DNA of 61,044 nucleotides from Chloroflexota bacterium (GTDB lineage: Bacteria > Chloroflexota > Limnocylindria > QHBO01), in assembly GCA_024636135.1 (NCBI GenBank), contig JAGXHP010000039.1, forward strand, positions 1 to 61,044, in the 5' to 3' direction. Below are positions 9,292 to 17,331 of the stretch, piece after piece. Made by a program: the position numbers and the translations under genes. Positions within the stretch are counted from its first letter, which is position 1, and each line of letters opens with the position of its first letter. Under the pieces are notes generated by a model that was not told where the DNA came from, searched no databases, and saw only the letters and a program-made list of their open reading frames with translations.

Positions 9292-12200
9292 TTAGCCGAT
9301 GCTGCCGTCGCCCGCAGGGGCAGTGGCCTCGATCACTGTGCCCTTGCCCGGACGGCTGTCGACCCGCAGCTCGCCGCCGATCAGGTCCATGCGCTGCCGC
9401 ATCCCGATCAGCCCGAGATGGCCGCGGGGCACCTCGTCGGGGTCGAAGCCGACACCATCGTCGGTGATCTTGAGGCGAACCGAATCGCCGTCGCCGGCGA
9501 TCTGCAGCCGCACGTTCGCCGCATTCGCATGCTTCACCACGTTGTGGAGCGCTTCCTGGCCGATGCGGTACAGGGCCTCCTCGGCGGGCAGTGCCAGGCG
9601 CTCGATCGGCTCGGCGTCGACGACGATCGCCAGCCCCGTTCGGCGCTGTACCGCGGTGGCGTGCGTGCGCAGTGCCTGCACCAGTCCGTCGGCCTCGAGG
9701 CTCGAAGGGCGCAGCTCGAAGATCAGGGTTCGCATCTCCGCCAGCGCATCCTTCTGGAGCTCGCGCAACTCGACGAGCTTGCTGCGCGCCGCCTCGACAT
9801 CGGTCTCGAGCAGGAGCTCGAGAGAGCGGAGGGTGAGGCCGATGCTGAACAGCGCCTGCGTCACCGAATCGTGGAGCTCGCGGGCCAGATGCGCGCGCTC
9901 CTGGCTCGCGGCAAGCTCCGCCGCCTGGCTGCGCAGGTCGCCCTCAAGGCGCTCGCGCTCGCTGATGTCCCGCACCGATCCATGTGCCCCGGCGAAGCGC
10001 CCGTCGACGATGGTGCCGGTCATCGCAATCTCGGCCTGACTGGTCCTGCCATCGGGCAGTGGGAGCTCGAGCCGCAGCCGCTGCTCGCGCTCCGGCTCGG
10101 CCCGCAGCAGCTCCCACGCCTCGGCCGCCGCCGCCAGGGTCCCCTCGCCACCGAGCGCGGTGAACGGCTGACCCAGCAGCTGCTCGGGCTTCCATCCGGT
10201 CCGCTCCTCGAGCGAGTCGCTGAAGAACGAGAACCGGCCACCGGCGTCCACGCTCCACACGATGTCGGGCGAGTTATCGACGAGGTGTCGGTAGCGACGC
10301 TCCGACTCCTCGACCTCGGCGTACAGCCGCGCATTGGTCAGGGCGATGGCCACCTGGTCGGCGAGGACCGACAGCAGCTCGGCGTCTTCGGCGTCGAAGG
10401 CATTGAGGGCGGTCGCCTGAACCGTGATGGTGCCGATGAGCCGGTCGGGTCCGACCAGCGGCGCGGACATCATCGAATGCACGCCCTGCGTCTCGATCCG
10501 GGCGTCGCCGGCATCGTGGGGAAAGGCGTCGTCGCCGAGGTAGTCGCCCGTCCACCGCACGCGCCGTTCCGCGGCCGCCATGCCCGCGATGCCCGAGCCA
10601 ATCGGCACCGGCACGTCATCCGGCGCGGGGGGCAGGGGCGCGGCCGCGATGGGCGGATCGAGATGCGCACCGGACTCGGCGACCAGGTTGACCTGCGCGC
10701 GATCGGCTCCGAGGAGCCGGGCGGCATCGGCCACGGCGCGCCTGATCACCGTCATCGGGTCGTGGAGCGAGGTGATCTGGGCCGCGATCTCGGCCAGGGC
10801 ACGCTGGGCGTCGGACCGCAGCCGCAGCGCCTCGTAGAGTCGCGCGTTGGTGATCGCCACCGCGGCCTGGGCCGCGAAGAGCTGGACCAGCTCGAAGTCG
10901 ACCTCGGTGAACGCCACCTCGGGGCCGCCGCTGCGGGCGATGTTCATGGCCCCGATCACCTCGTCACCGCTGACGAGCGGCACGATGATGATCGCCTCCT
11001 CTTCGCCGGGGGTATTCGGAATCTGGACCAGTCGCGGGTCGGTGTGCGCGCTGTTCTGGAGGACGGGCTGCCGATGCTCGATCGTCCACCACGTGAGGCC
11101 CACGCCGCGGGGAATCGAGAACTCCATGACGGCCTCGGCATTCTGATCGCGAGCCAGGGCCGGCTCGAGCAGATCGCCGCCCTCCGCAACCCGATACACG
11201 CTGAGGTTGTCGTACCAGACGACGCCCTTCAGGCCATCGGCGATGAGCTCGAGAACATCTGCCGGATCGAGGGTCGAGAGCAGCCGCTCGTTGATCTGGA
11301 GCAGTCGACGCTGCGAGTCGGTCTGGCGCGCAAGGGCCGCCGACTCATCGCCGAGCTGCTCGTAGAGCCGCGCGTTCGTCACGGCGATCGCCGCCTGGCT
11401 GGCCAGAACCTCGAGCAGCTCCGCATCCGCGGGGTCGAAGGCATCCCGTGCCTGGGAGTGGATGGTGATCGAGCCGATCGCGCCGTCCTCGCCGATGAAC
11501 GGGGCGCTCATCACCGAACGAATGCCGTGCTGCCGGATGTAGTTGTCCGATGCCGCGACGTGGGCGAAATCCGGGTCGGCGAGATAGTCGCCGGTCCGCA
11601 CCACGCGCCGCTCGATGACCGCACGGCCCGACACGCCCTCGTCGGCAACGACCGGGTCCACCGACTCGTCGCGCTCAATGGGCAGATCGATGGCCGAGTG
11701 GCCCAGCGCCCAGTGCAGCCCGCCGTTCTCGGCCACCAACTCGACGCGCCCGCCATCGGCGTCCAGCAGGCGCACCGCCTCGTCCAGCGTCCGTTGCAGC
11801 ACGTCGCCGGGATCGCGAATAGCGGTGATGCGAGCCGCGATCTCGCCCAGCGATCGCTGCGCCTCGACGCGGTGCTCGAGCTCCTCGTAGAGACGGGCAT
11901 TGCCGAGGACGATGGCGGCGTGGCTGGCAAGCGCGCCGAGCAGCTCGCCGTCATCGGCGTCGAAGGCGTCCGATCGGGTCGAGTAGGCGCTGATCGCCCC
12001 GAGGGGACCGGCATCGCCGATGAGGGGAGCGCTCACCTGGCTGCGGTATCCGTAGCGGCCGATCCACTCGTCCGCGCGGGCCGTATGGACGAACGATTCG
12101 TCGGCCAGGTAGTCGCCCGTCCGGGTCACCGCCCGGCCCGCGATCGCCTGCCCGGCGATTCCCTGGCCGATGCGAACCACCGAATCGTCGAGTGGCTGAA

Positions 12201-14670
12201 GGCCCGAGGCGATGTCGAGCGCCTCGCGGAAGTCGGCGAGCTGGTGGGATCCGGACCGTACCTGATGAATCACGACGTGTTCGGCACCGAGCAGTCGCTT
12301 TGCCTCCGCCACGGCGCGGCTCAGCACGGCGGACGGATCCCGGATCGAGGTGATCGAGGCAGCGATCTCGCCCAGGCTGCGCTGTGCCTCGACGCGCCGC
12401 GCGAGCTTCTCGGCGCTGATCTCCGCCTCGTCATTGAGACGCGCGTTGCTCAGGACGATGGCCGCCTGGTCGGCCAGAAGCCCCAGGATCTCGGCGTCGT
12501 CCTCGTCGAACGACCCCGGGCGTTCGGTGTAGACGCCGATCACGCCGGCCGGACCGTGCTCGCCGACCAGCGGTGACGCGATCACCGATCGGATGCGCAG
12601 GGCGCGGACGTCACGGTCCGACAGGACCTCGTGCGAGAACGTCTGGTCGGTCAGGTAGTCGTCGGTCCAGACGGTCCTGCCGAGTTTCAGCGCCTTGCCC
12701 GACACGCCGTCCTCGGCTCGCGTGTGGTCACGGTCGGTGAAGGCGGTCAGCTTGTCGTGCACCAGCGAATGGCCATCGCCCCATCGCAGCTGGCCGTCCT
12801 CGTCGGCCGCGACCATGCCGATCTGGCCCCCGTCGCCCTTCAGCAGCCGGACCGCGGCACGCAGCGTCTGCTCGAGCACTGCCGAGGGATCACGAAGCGA
12901 CGTGAGCTGGGCGGCCGTCTCGGCCAGGGTGCGCTGGGCTTCGAAGCGATGCGCGAGCTCCTCGGTCTGCTCCCGCAGGTCGCGCTCGAGTCGGGCGATC
13001 TCGGTGATATCGCGGTTCGTGCCGTGAGCGCCGATGAGCGTCCCGTGCTCGTCGACGATCCCCGTCCCGCGGATCTCCACCGGCAGCAGGCTGCCGTCCT
13101 TCCGCGGCTCGAGGATGCGCAGCCGATAGACCCGGTTCGGGTGCTGGCGCATCTCGGCAAACGTCTTCGCCACGAGCTCGATCGACTCCGGGGCGGTGGC
13201 CACCGACACGTGCTGCCCGATGAGCTCCGCGGGCGTGAAGCCGGTCATGCGCTCCACGCTGTCGCTGATGTACGTGAAGCGCATTTCGGCGTCGATCGAC
13301 CACATGATGTCGACCGACTCGTCGACGAGGTAGCGGTACTGCTCGCGTGATCGCTCGAGCTCCTCGGTGAGCCGAGCATTCGAGATTGCGATCGCCCCCT
13401 GGTCGGCAAGCCCCTGGAGCAGGGCCAGCGCGTCCTCGTCGAAGCGGTGCGGCTCCTCGAATGACACCGCCAGCGTGCCGATCACGTCGCCGCCCGGGGC
13501 TCGCAGCGGTGCCGCGGCCATGCCCCGCAGCGCGAGGCGCTCGGCAACGGACTGGTCGTCCGCCTCGTGCGGGATCCGGGGATCGACGAGGTAGTCCTCG
13601 GTGTGGATGATCTCGCCGCGCCCGGCCGCCAGGCCGTTGATGCCGGCGTCGACCGGGAATGCGAGCTGCGCCAGCCACTCGTCGTTCCAGGCCTTGTTGC
13701 CGCCGGCGACCACCGTCGGCGAGAGAGTCGTCCCACCGGGCTGCATGAGCGTCAGGTGGGCGCCATCGGAGCCGATGAGTCGGCGGGCGGACTCGACGAC
13801 GAGGTCGAGGATCTCGCGCGGCTGGCGGATGACGGCGATGCGCGCGGTGATCTCCGCCAGGGTGCGCTGCGCCTCGACGCGCCGCGCGAGCTCCTCCTGC
13901 GAGCGAGCCAGCTGCTCGATGAGCCGCTGGTTGGCGATCGCGGCGGCGGCATGGTCGGCCAGCGAGCGAAGCAGCGCGACCTCGGCCTCGTCGAAGTCGT
14001 CGATCCGGGACGAGTAGGCGCCCAGCGCCCCGAGGACCTCGCCATCGGCGACGAGCGGGGCGGCCGCCATCGAGCGCATGTTTGCCGTCATCACGATTCG
14101 GTCCGCGACGGGCGAGTGCTCGAACCGTCCGTCGCGCCGGTAGTCGGCGGAGACGACCACCTCACCGGTGGCGACGGTATGGCCGAACAGACCGACCCCG
14201 ACCGGCAGCGACAGCGTCCGGATCAGCTCCCGAGCCTCGGCGTTCCGAATCCCGGCATCGCACGCGAAGCGAAGACGCTTCTCCTCGGGATCGACGAGGT
14301 AGACCATGGCGCCGTCCGCGCGGAGCAGGCGAGCCGCCTCTTCCACGACATTCGCCAGCAGGGCGTGGCCGGCCGCGGCATCGGTGGGGGCCGGTGGCGC
14401 CGGAGGACCCGGGGCGACCGCCTTCGCCGAGGCGGCCCTCGGGGACCGGTTGCGCGCGCGTGCTCGGGTCATGGGCGCCGATGAGGATACGCCATCCATT
14501 CGAGGCCGCCACAAGGCCCGTCGGGCGCCGCGACGTACGTCATCCCGCCGATGCGACCAACGCCGGATGTCGCCCGTCGCACTGCTCCCTCCGTCGGATT
14601 CGTCGGCCCACGCCGCGCCGGAGACTGCTGCCATCGACACCGGATCGTCGGCGTACGGCGACATCAACAA
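9292..14670 (-). CDS. Giant soluble sensor histidine kinase: 7 GAF + 2 PAS + HisKA_3 + HATPase_c
   Basis: The ORF is 1,792 aa with no TM segments. The domain order is GAF-GAF-PAS-GAF-GAF-GAF-GAF-GAF-PAS. The H-box ARELHDSVTQALFSI is NarX/DesK-type HisKA_3. The C-terminal ATPase carries HNVVKHANA and DDGVGF. The true start is uncertain: Met codons at about 14499 and 14472 are alternatives, because 14670 leaves only 21 nt to the divergent gene. Confidence 0.85.
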   Translation of the reverse strand: MLMSPYADDPVSMAAVSGAAWADESDGGSSATGDIRRWSHRRDDVRRGARRALWRPRMDGVSSSAPMTRARARNRSPRAASAKAVAPGPPAPPAPTDAAAGHALLANVVEEAARLLRADGAMVYLVDPEEKRLRFACDAGIRNAEARELIRTLSLPVGVGLFGHTVATGEVVVSADYRRDGRFEHSPVADRIVMTANMRSMAAAPLVADGEVLGALGAYSSRIDDFDEAEVALLRSLADHAAAAIANQRLIEQLARSQEELARRVEAQRTLAEITARIAVIRQPREILDLVVESARRLIGSDGAHLTLMQPGGTTLSPTVVAGGNKAWNDEWLAQLAFPVDAGINGLAAGRGEIIHTEDYLVDPRIPHEADDQSVAERLALRGMAAAPLRAPGGDVIGTLAVSFEEPHRFDEDALALLQGLADQGAIAISNARLTEELERSREQYRYLVDESVDIMWSIDAEMRFTYISDSVERMTGFTPAELIGQHVSVATAPESIELVAKTFAEMRQHPNRVYRLRILEPRKDGSLLPVEIRGTGIVDEHGTLIGAHGTNRDITEIARLERDLREQTEELAHRFEAQRTLAETAAQLTSLRDPSAVLEQTLRAAVRLLKGDGGQIGMVAADEDGQLRWGDGHSLVHDKLTAFTDRDHTRAEDGVSGKALKLGRTVWTDDYLTDQTFSHEVLSDRDVRALRIRSVIASPLVGEHGPAGVIGVYTERPGSFDEDDAEILGLLADQAAIVLSNARLNDEAEISAEKLARRVEAQRSLGEIAASITSIRDPSAVLSRAVAEAKRLLGAEHVVIHQVRSGSHQLADFREALDIASGLQPLDDSVVRIGQGIAGQAIAGRAVTRTGDYLADESFVHTARADEWIGRYGYRSQVSAPLIGDAGPLGAISAYSTRSDAFDADDGELLGALASHAAIVLGNARLYEELEHRVEAQRSLGEIAARITAIRDPGDVLQRTLDEAVRLLDADGGRVELVAENGGLHWALGHSAIDLPIERDESVDPVVADEGVSGRAVIERRVVRTGDYLADPDFAHVAASDNYIRQHGIRSVMSAPFIGEDGAIGSITIHSQARDAFDPADAELLEVLASQAAIAVTNARLYEQLGDESAALARQTDSQRRLLQINERLLSTLDPADVLELIADGLKGVVWYDNLSVYRVAEGGDLLEPALARDQNAEAVMEFSIPRGVGLTWWTIEHRQPVLQNSAHTDPRLVQIPNTPGEEEAIIIVPLVSGDEVIGAMNIARSGGPEVAFTEVDFELVQLFAAQAAVAITNARLYEALRLRSDAQRALAEIAAQITSLHDPMTVIRRAVADAARLLGADRAQVNLVAESGAHLDPPIAAAPLPPAPDDVPVPIGSGIAGMAAAERRVRWTGDYLGDDAFPHDAGDARIETQGVHSMMSAPLVGPDRLIGTITVQATALNAFDAEDAELLSVLADQVAIALTNARLYAEVEESERRYRHLVDNSPDIVWSVDAGGRFSFFSDSLEERTGWKPEQLLGQPFTALGGEGTLAAAAEAWELLRAEPEREQRLRLELPLPDGRTSQAEIAMTGTIVDGRFAGAHGSVRDISERERLEGDLRSQAAELAASQERAHLARELHDSVTQALFSIGLTLRSLELLLETDVEAARSKLVELRELQKDALAEMRTLIFELRPSSLEADGLVQALRTHATAVQRRTGLAIVVDAEPIERLALPAEEALYRIGQEALHNVVKHANAANVRLQIAGDGDSVRLKITDDGVGFDPDEVPRGHLGLIGMRQRMDLIGGELRVDSRPGKGTVIEATAPAGDGSIG
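10281..14350 (-). repeat. Intragenic tandem array of GAF-module coding repeats (period about 0.5 kb)
   Basis: The linker peptide NARL[YTN]..(R)VEAQR[ST]L[GA]EIAA.IT.[IL]RDP..VL recurs. Its DNA recurs near 10281-10370, 10781-10870, 11290-11410, 11831-11930, 12361-12480, 12911-13000 and 13851-13980. The boundaries are approximate. Confidence 0.6.
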
Positions 14671-14691
14671 CAGACTGGGAGGAACTGATCC

Positions 14692-15123
14692 GTGACCAAG
14701 CTACTCGGCAGGCGAGCGACCGGCGCCCTGCTCACCACCGCGATCGTGGGCCTGACACTCGCGACGGCGTACATCCATCAGAGCCTGGGCGGACTGCTGT
14801 TCACCCTCAACGGCCTCGGCTATGCCGGCCTCGCCGCGCTGTTCGTCATCGGCGTCGTCTCGCCGGTCCAGCTCGTCAAGCGGTTCAGCTGGTTCCCGCG
14901 CTTCGCGCTCATCGGCTACGCCGCCATGACGATCGCCGGCTACGTGGTCATGGGCCCGTATTTCACCCTCGGCTTCATCGCCAAGGGCATCGAAGTCGCG
15001 CTCATCGTGGCCGTCGTGCTCGACATCGTCCGCGTCTACGGAAGCCCGAAGGCCTTCGTGAGCAGCGCCTTGGGCTCGATCGCGCCGATCGTGCCGGGAC
15101 GCTTCCGCCCGACGGCCGCTTGA
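14692..15123 (+). CDS. Hypothetical 4-TM membrane protein
   Basis: 143 aa with a GTG start and four clear hydrophobic helices. It is co-directional with, and 62 nt upstream of, the cupredoxin gene. Confidence 0.5.
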   Translation: MTKLLGRRATGALLTTAIVGLTLATAYIHQSLGGLLFTLNGLGYAGLAALFVIGVVSPVQLVKRFSWFPRFALIGYAAMTIAGYVVMGPYFTLGFIAKGIEVALIVAVVLDIVRVYGSPKAFVSSALGSIAPIVPGRFRPTAA

Positions 15124-15185
15124 CCATCAACCACCGGCGGCGAGCCGACCCACGGGCTCGCCGCCGACATTCGAGGAGCTCCGCC

Positions 15186-15566
15186 GTGAACCGACTTCAA
15201 CGATCGGCCGCCGCCATCGCCCTCGTCTCCCTGCTGACCGCCTGCGGCAGCGCGGCTGGCGGCGACCCTGGCGTGGATCCGTCAACCGCCGATGTGACCG
15301 TCACCAGCGTCGACATGGCGTTCGACGCATCGTCGCTGACCGCGCCCGCGGGGACAGCCTTCACCCTCGCGCTCATCAACGAGGACTCGATGCCGCACAA
15401 CGTGGCGATCTACACCGACGAAACGAAGTCGGAGAAGCTGTTCGAGGGCGAGCTCGTCACCGATGCCACGATCGTGTACGAGATCCCGGCGCTCGATGCC
15501 GGCGAGTACTTCTTCGAGTGCTCGCTCCACCCAGACATGACCGGGGCCCTCGTCGTCGAGGGCTGA
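15186..15566 (+). CDS. Type-1 copper (cupredoxin/plastocyanin-like) lipoprotein
   Basis: The GTG start is in frame within ORF 14082-15566. The signal peptide has a lipobox (LLTAC). The copper ligand pattern is MPHNVAIY ... ECSLHPDMTG (His, Cys, His, Met). Confidence 0.75.
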   Translation: MNRLQRSAAAIALVSLLTACGSAAGGDPGVDPSTADVTVTSVDMAFDASSLTAPAGTAFTLALINEDSMPHNVAIYTDETKSEKLFEGELVTDATIVYEIPALDAGEYFFECSLHPDMTGALVVEG

Positions 15567-15577
15567 CCCGCATTCAC

Positions 15578-15611
15578 GAAGCGCCCCGTCCGGTCCGGGA
15601 CGGGGCGCTTC
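15578..15611. terminator. Bidirectional intrinsic terminator hairpin between convergent genes
   Basis: A perfect 14-bp stem (GAAGCGCCCCGTCC / GGACGGGGCGCTTC) with a 6-nt loop, followed by TTCGTAT. It lies between the cupredoxin gene (+) and the CHD-REC-LuxR gene (-). Confidence 0.7.
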
Positions 15612-15683
15612 TTCGTATCTGCACTCCACCGCTCAGGGTGGCGGGATGAACCTGATCAAGCCGCAGGGGTGATGGTCATCGGC

Positions 15684-16916
15684 CTAGACGAGCTTGTGCT
15701 CGACCGCGTAGAGGGCTGCCTGGGTTCGCGAGGCGAGGGCCAGCTTTCCGAGGATGTTCGAGACGTGAGTGCGTGCAGTGCGCTCGGTGATCCCGAGCTC
15801 GTACGCGATCTCCTTGTTCGACGCTCCCTTTGCCAGCTGGGCAAGAACCTCCTTTTCCCGACCCGTCAGCGGTTCCACTGGCTCGGCGTCCTTGCGTTGC
15901 CGCAGTCGCTGTGCCAGCAGTCGCGAAACTGCCGGGTCGAGGTGGACCTCACCGTTGTACGCGGCGCGAATGGCCTGGGCCACCTCGTCAGCTTCGGCAT
16001 CCTTGAGCAGGTAGCCCGACGCGCCGGCCTCGAGGGCCGATGTCACCTTCTCCTCTTCGATGAAGGAGGTGACGGCGACGATCTCGATCTCGGGATGCGC
16101 CTCCTTGATGGCGGCGATCGCCTCGAGGCCGCCCATCTCGGGCATGAGGAGGTCCATCAGGACGACGTCGGGGGCCAGGCGGTCGGCCGCGGCGACGCCT
16201 TCACGGCCGTTCTCGGCCTCCCCCACCACGTCGAAGTCCTTGATCAGCTCCAGAAAACCGCGGAGCCCACGCCGGACCACGGCGTGATCGTCAACCAGAA
16301 GCACGCGAATCGGTCCGTCTTCGTCCGTCACCGCATCGGTCCCCTGCTCCTCGAAATCCAGCGACAGCGCAACCTCCGAGGATCGCGCGCGGGAAGTATG
16401 CACCAGCGCGTATACCCGCTCGGGAGTTGGCACGTCACGCAGGCGCTGCTCACCGAGGTCGCGAAGGATAGTTCCGGCGGGCAACCGGCCCTGGAGGTCG
16501 TCGACCGCGCTTGCGCCGAGGAGCGTTTCGCCGCCGCCCGCGAGGTCCTGCAGCCGCGCGGCGCGGAACAGCGCCACGCCAAAGAAGCGCTCATCACGGT
16601 CCTCGACCTCGCCGCTCACGATGGCGATGCGAATGCGCACCCTCCCGACCGCTCCCCAGTCCTCGGTCGCGATGCGGCCCTGGAGCTCATCGGCGGCGAT
16701 GACGGCATCCAGGGCGTGGGGAAACGCGGCGTAGGCGCCGTCGCCGATCCGCTCGAAGATCCGTCCACCGTGTCGTTCGCAGGTCGTCGCCGCCAGCTCG
16801 TGGTACCTCGTCAGGGCGACTCGCGCGTCGACGCCGTGGTTTTCCGCCAGGCGCGTGCTGCCCTCGACATCGGCGAAGAGGAAGGTGAGGTGCTGGCTGG
16901 GTGGTTCCACGCTCAC
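15684..16916 (-). CDS. Cyclase-homology-domain / REC / LuxR-HTH fusion response regulator
   Basis: 410 aa. The N-terminal class III cyclase-like domain has LTFLFADVEGSTRL, ERIGDGAYAAF and FFGVALFRAARL. The REC domain has VLLVDDH and DVVLMDLLMPEMGG. The C-terminal LuxR HTH reads LTGREKEVLAQLAKGASNKEIAYELGITERTARTHVSNIL. Confidence 0.8.
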   Translation of the reverse strand: MSVEPPSQHLTFLFADVEGSTRLAENHGVDARVALTRYHELAATTCERHGGRIFERIGDGAYAAFPHALDAVIAADELQGRIATEDWGAVGRVRIRIAIVSGEVEDRDERFFGVALFRAARLQDLAGGGETLLGASAVDDLQGRLPAGTILRDLGEQRLRDVPTPERVYALVHTSRARSSEVALSLDFEEQGTDAVTDEDGPIRVLLVDDHAVVRRGLRGFLELIKDFDVVGEAENGREGVAAADRLAPDVVLMDLLMPEMGGLEAIAAIKEAHPEIEIVAVTSFIEEEKVTSALEAGASGYLLKDAEADEVAQAIRAAYNGEVHLDPAVSRLLAQRLRQRKDAEPVEPLTGREKEVLAQLAKGASNKEIAYELGITERTARTHVSNILGKLALASRTQAALYAVEHKLV

Positions 16917-17076
16917 AGGATATGCGTTGCCCGGAGTCCGAACCGCGGACGAATGACGTACGGATCGCTCGTCGCAAGGTCACGCCGGAACCGCGACTCA
17001 GCGACGCTGTATTCGGCGCGCGGCCGGCGCATCCTCGGGGCCACCACCCGGAAAAGGGGGAGAAAGGAGACCGGCG

Positions 17077-17250
17077 ATGCATGCTATCACCGCACTGATG
17101 CTGTCGCGGGCGATCGAAGACGAGTGGAGGCGAGAGGCCGAGCGCAGGCGACGGCGCCTGATCCAGGCCGAGCCGATGCGCCCGAACGACCGTCGCCGGC
17201 TCACATGGCTGGGGTGGATCCCGCGCCTGGCCTGGGGCTCCATGGCCTGA
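17077..17250 (+). CDS. Unannotated small ORF (57 aa), Arg-rich with Trp-rich C-terminus
   Basis: The ATG is preceded by GGGGGAGAAAGGAGA with 7-nt spacing. GC3 is high throughout. The peptide is MHAITALMLSRAIEDEWRREAERRRRRLIQAEPMRPNDRRRLTWLGWIPRLAWGSMA. It falls below the 60-aa cutoff of the ORF track and is followed by an 11-bp-stem hairpin. Confidence 0.4.
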   Translation: MHAITALMLSRAIEDEWRREAERRRRRLIQAEPMRPNDRRRLTWLGWIPRLAWGSMA

Positions 17251-17272
17251 CGGATCTCGCGACCGCAACGAC

Positions 17273-17300
17273 CGATGCCCGGGCGATGGCCCGGGCATCG
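17273..17300 (+). terminator. Hairpin downstream of the 57-aa sORF
   Basis: An 11-bp perfect stem (CGATGCCCGGG / CCCGGGCATCG) with a 6-nt loop, starting 22 nt after the sORF stop codon. It sequesters the ATG at 17275 and has no U-tract. Confidence 0.4.
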
Positions 17301-17319
17301 TGGCGTCACAGCCTCCGAC

Positions 17320-17325
17320 TATGCT
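17320..17325 (+). promoter_or_regulatory. -10 box TATGCT, leaderless mgtE
   Basis: TATGCT lies 6 nt upstream of the GTG at 17332. Confidence 0.35.
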
Positions 17326-17331
17326 CAGGGC

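Noticed and set aside
10281-14350. CRISPR array or mobile repeat as an explanation for the periodic ~0.5-kb repeats
   Set aside because: The repeats are in frame within one long ORF and encode GAF-domain linkers. The period is far too long for CRISPR, there are no short identical direct repeats, and there are no cas or transposase genes anywhere in the window.
16940-16997. Direct repeat GAACCGCG(G)AC (16940-16950 and 16988-16997) as a LuxR-type regulator binding site in the divergent promoter region
   Set aside because: Only an 8-nt exact core is shared. A rough estimate suggests such a match within a 160-nt GC-rich region is expected by chance about once, so it is not significant on its own.
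16917-17331. M-box (Mg2+) riboswitch upstream of mgtE
   Set aside because: I could not recognise the conserved M-box core. The region is better explained by a strong-SD sORF, a simple hairpin and a leaderless -10 box for mgtE. An Rfam scan would settle it.
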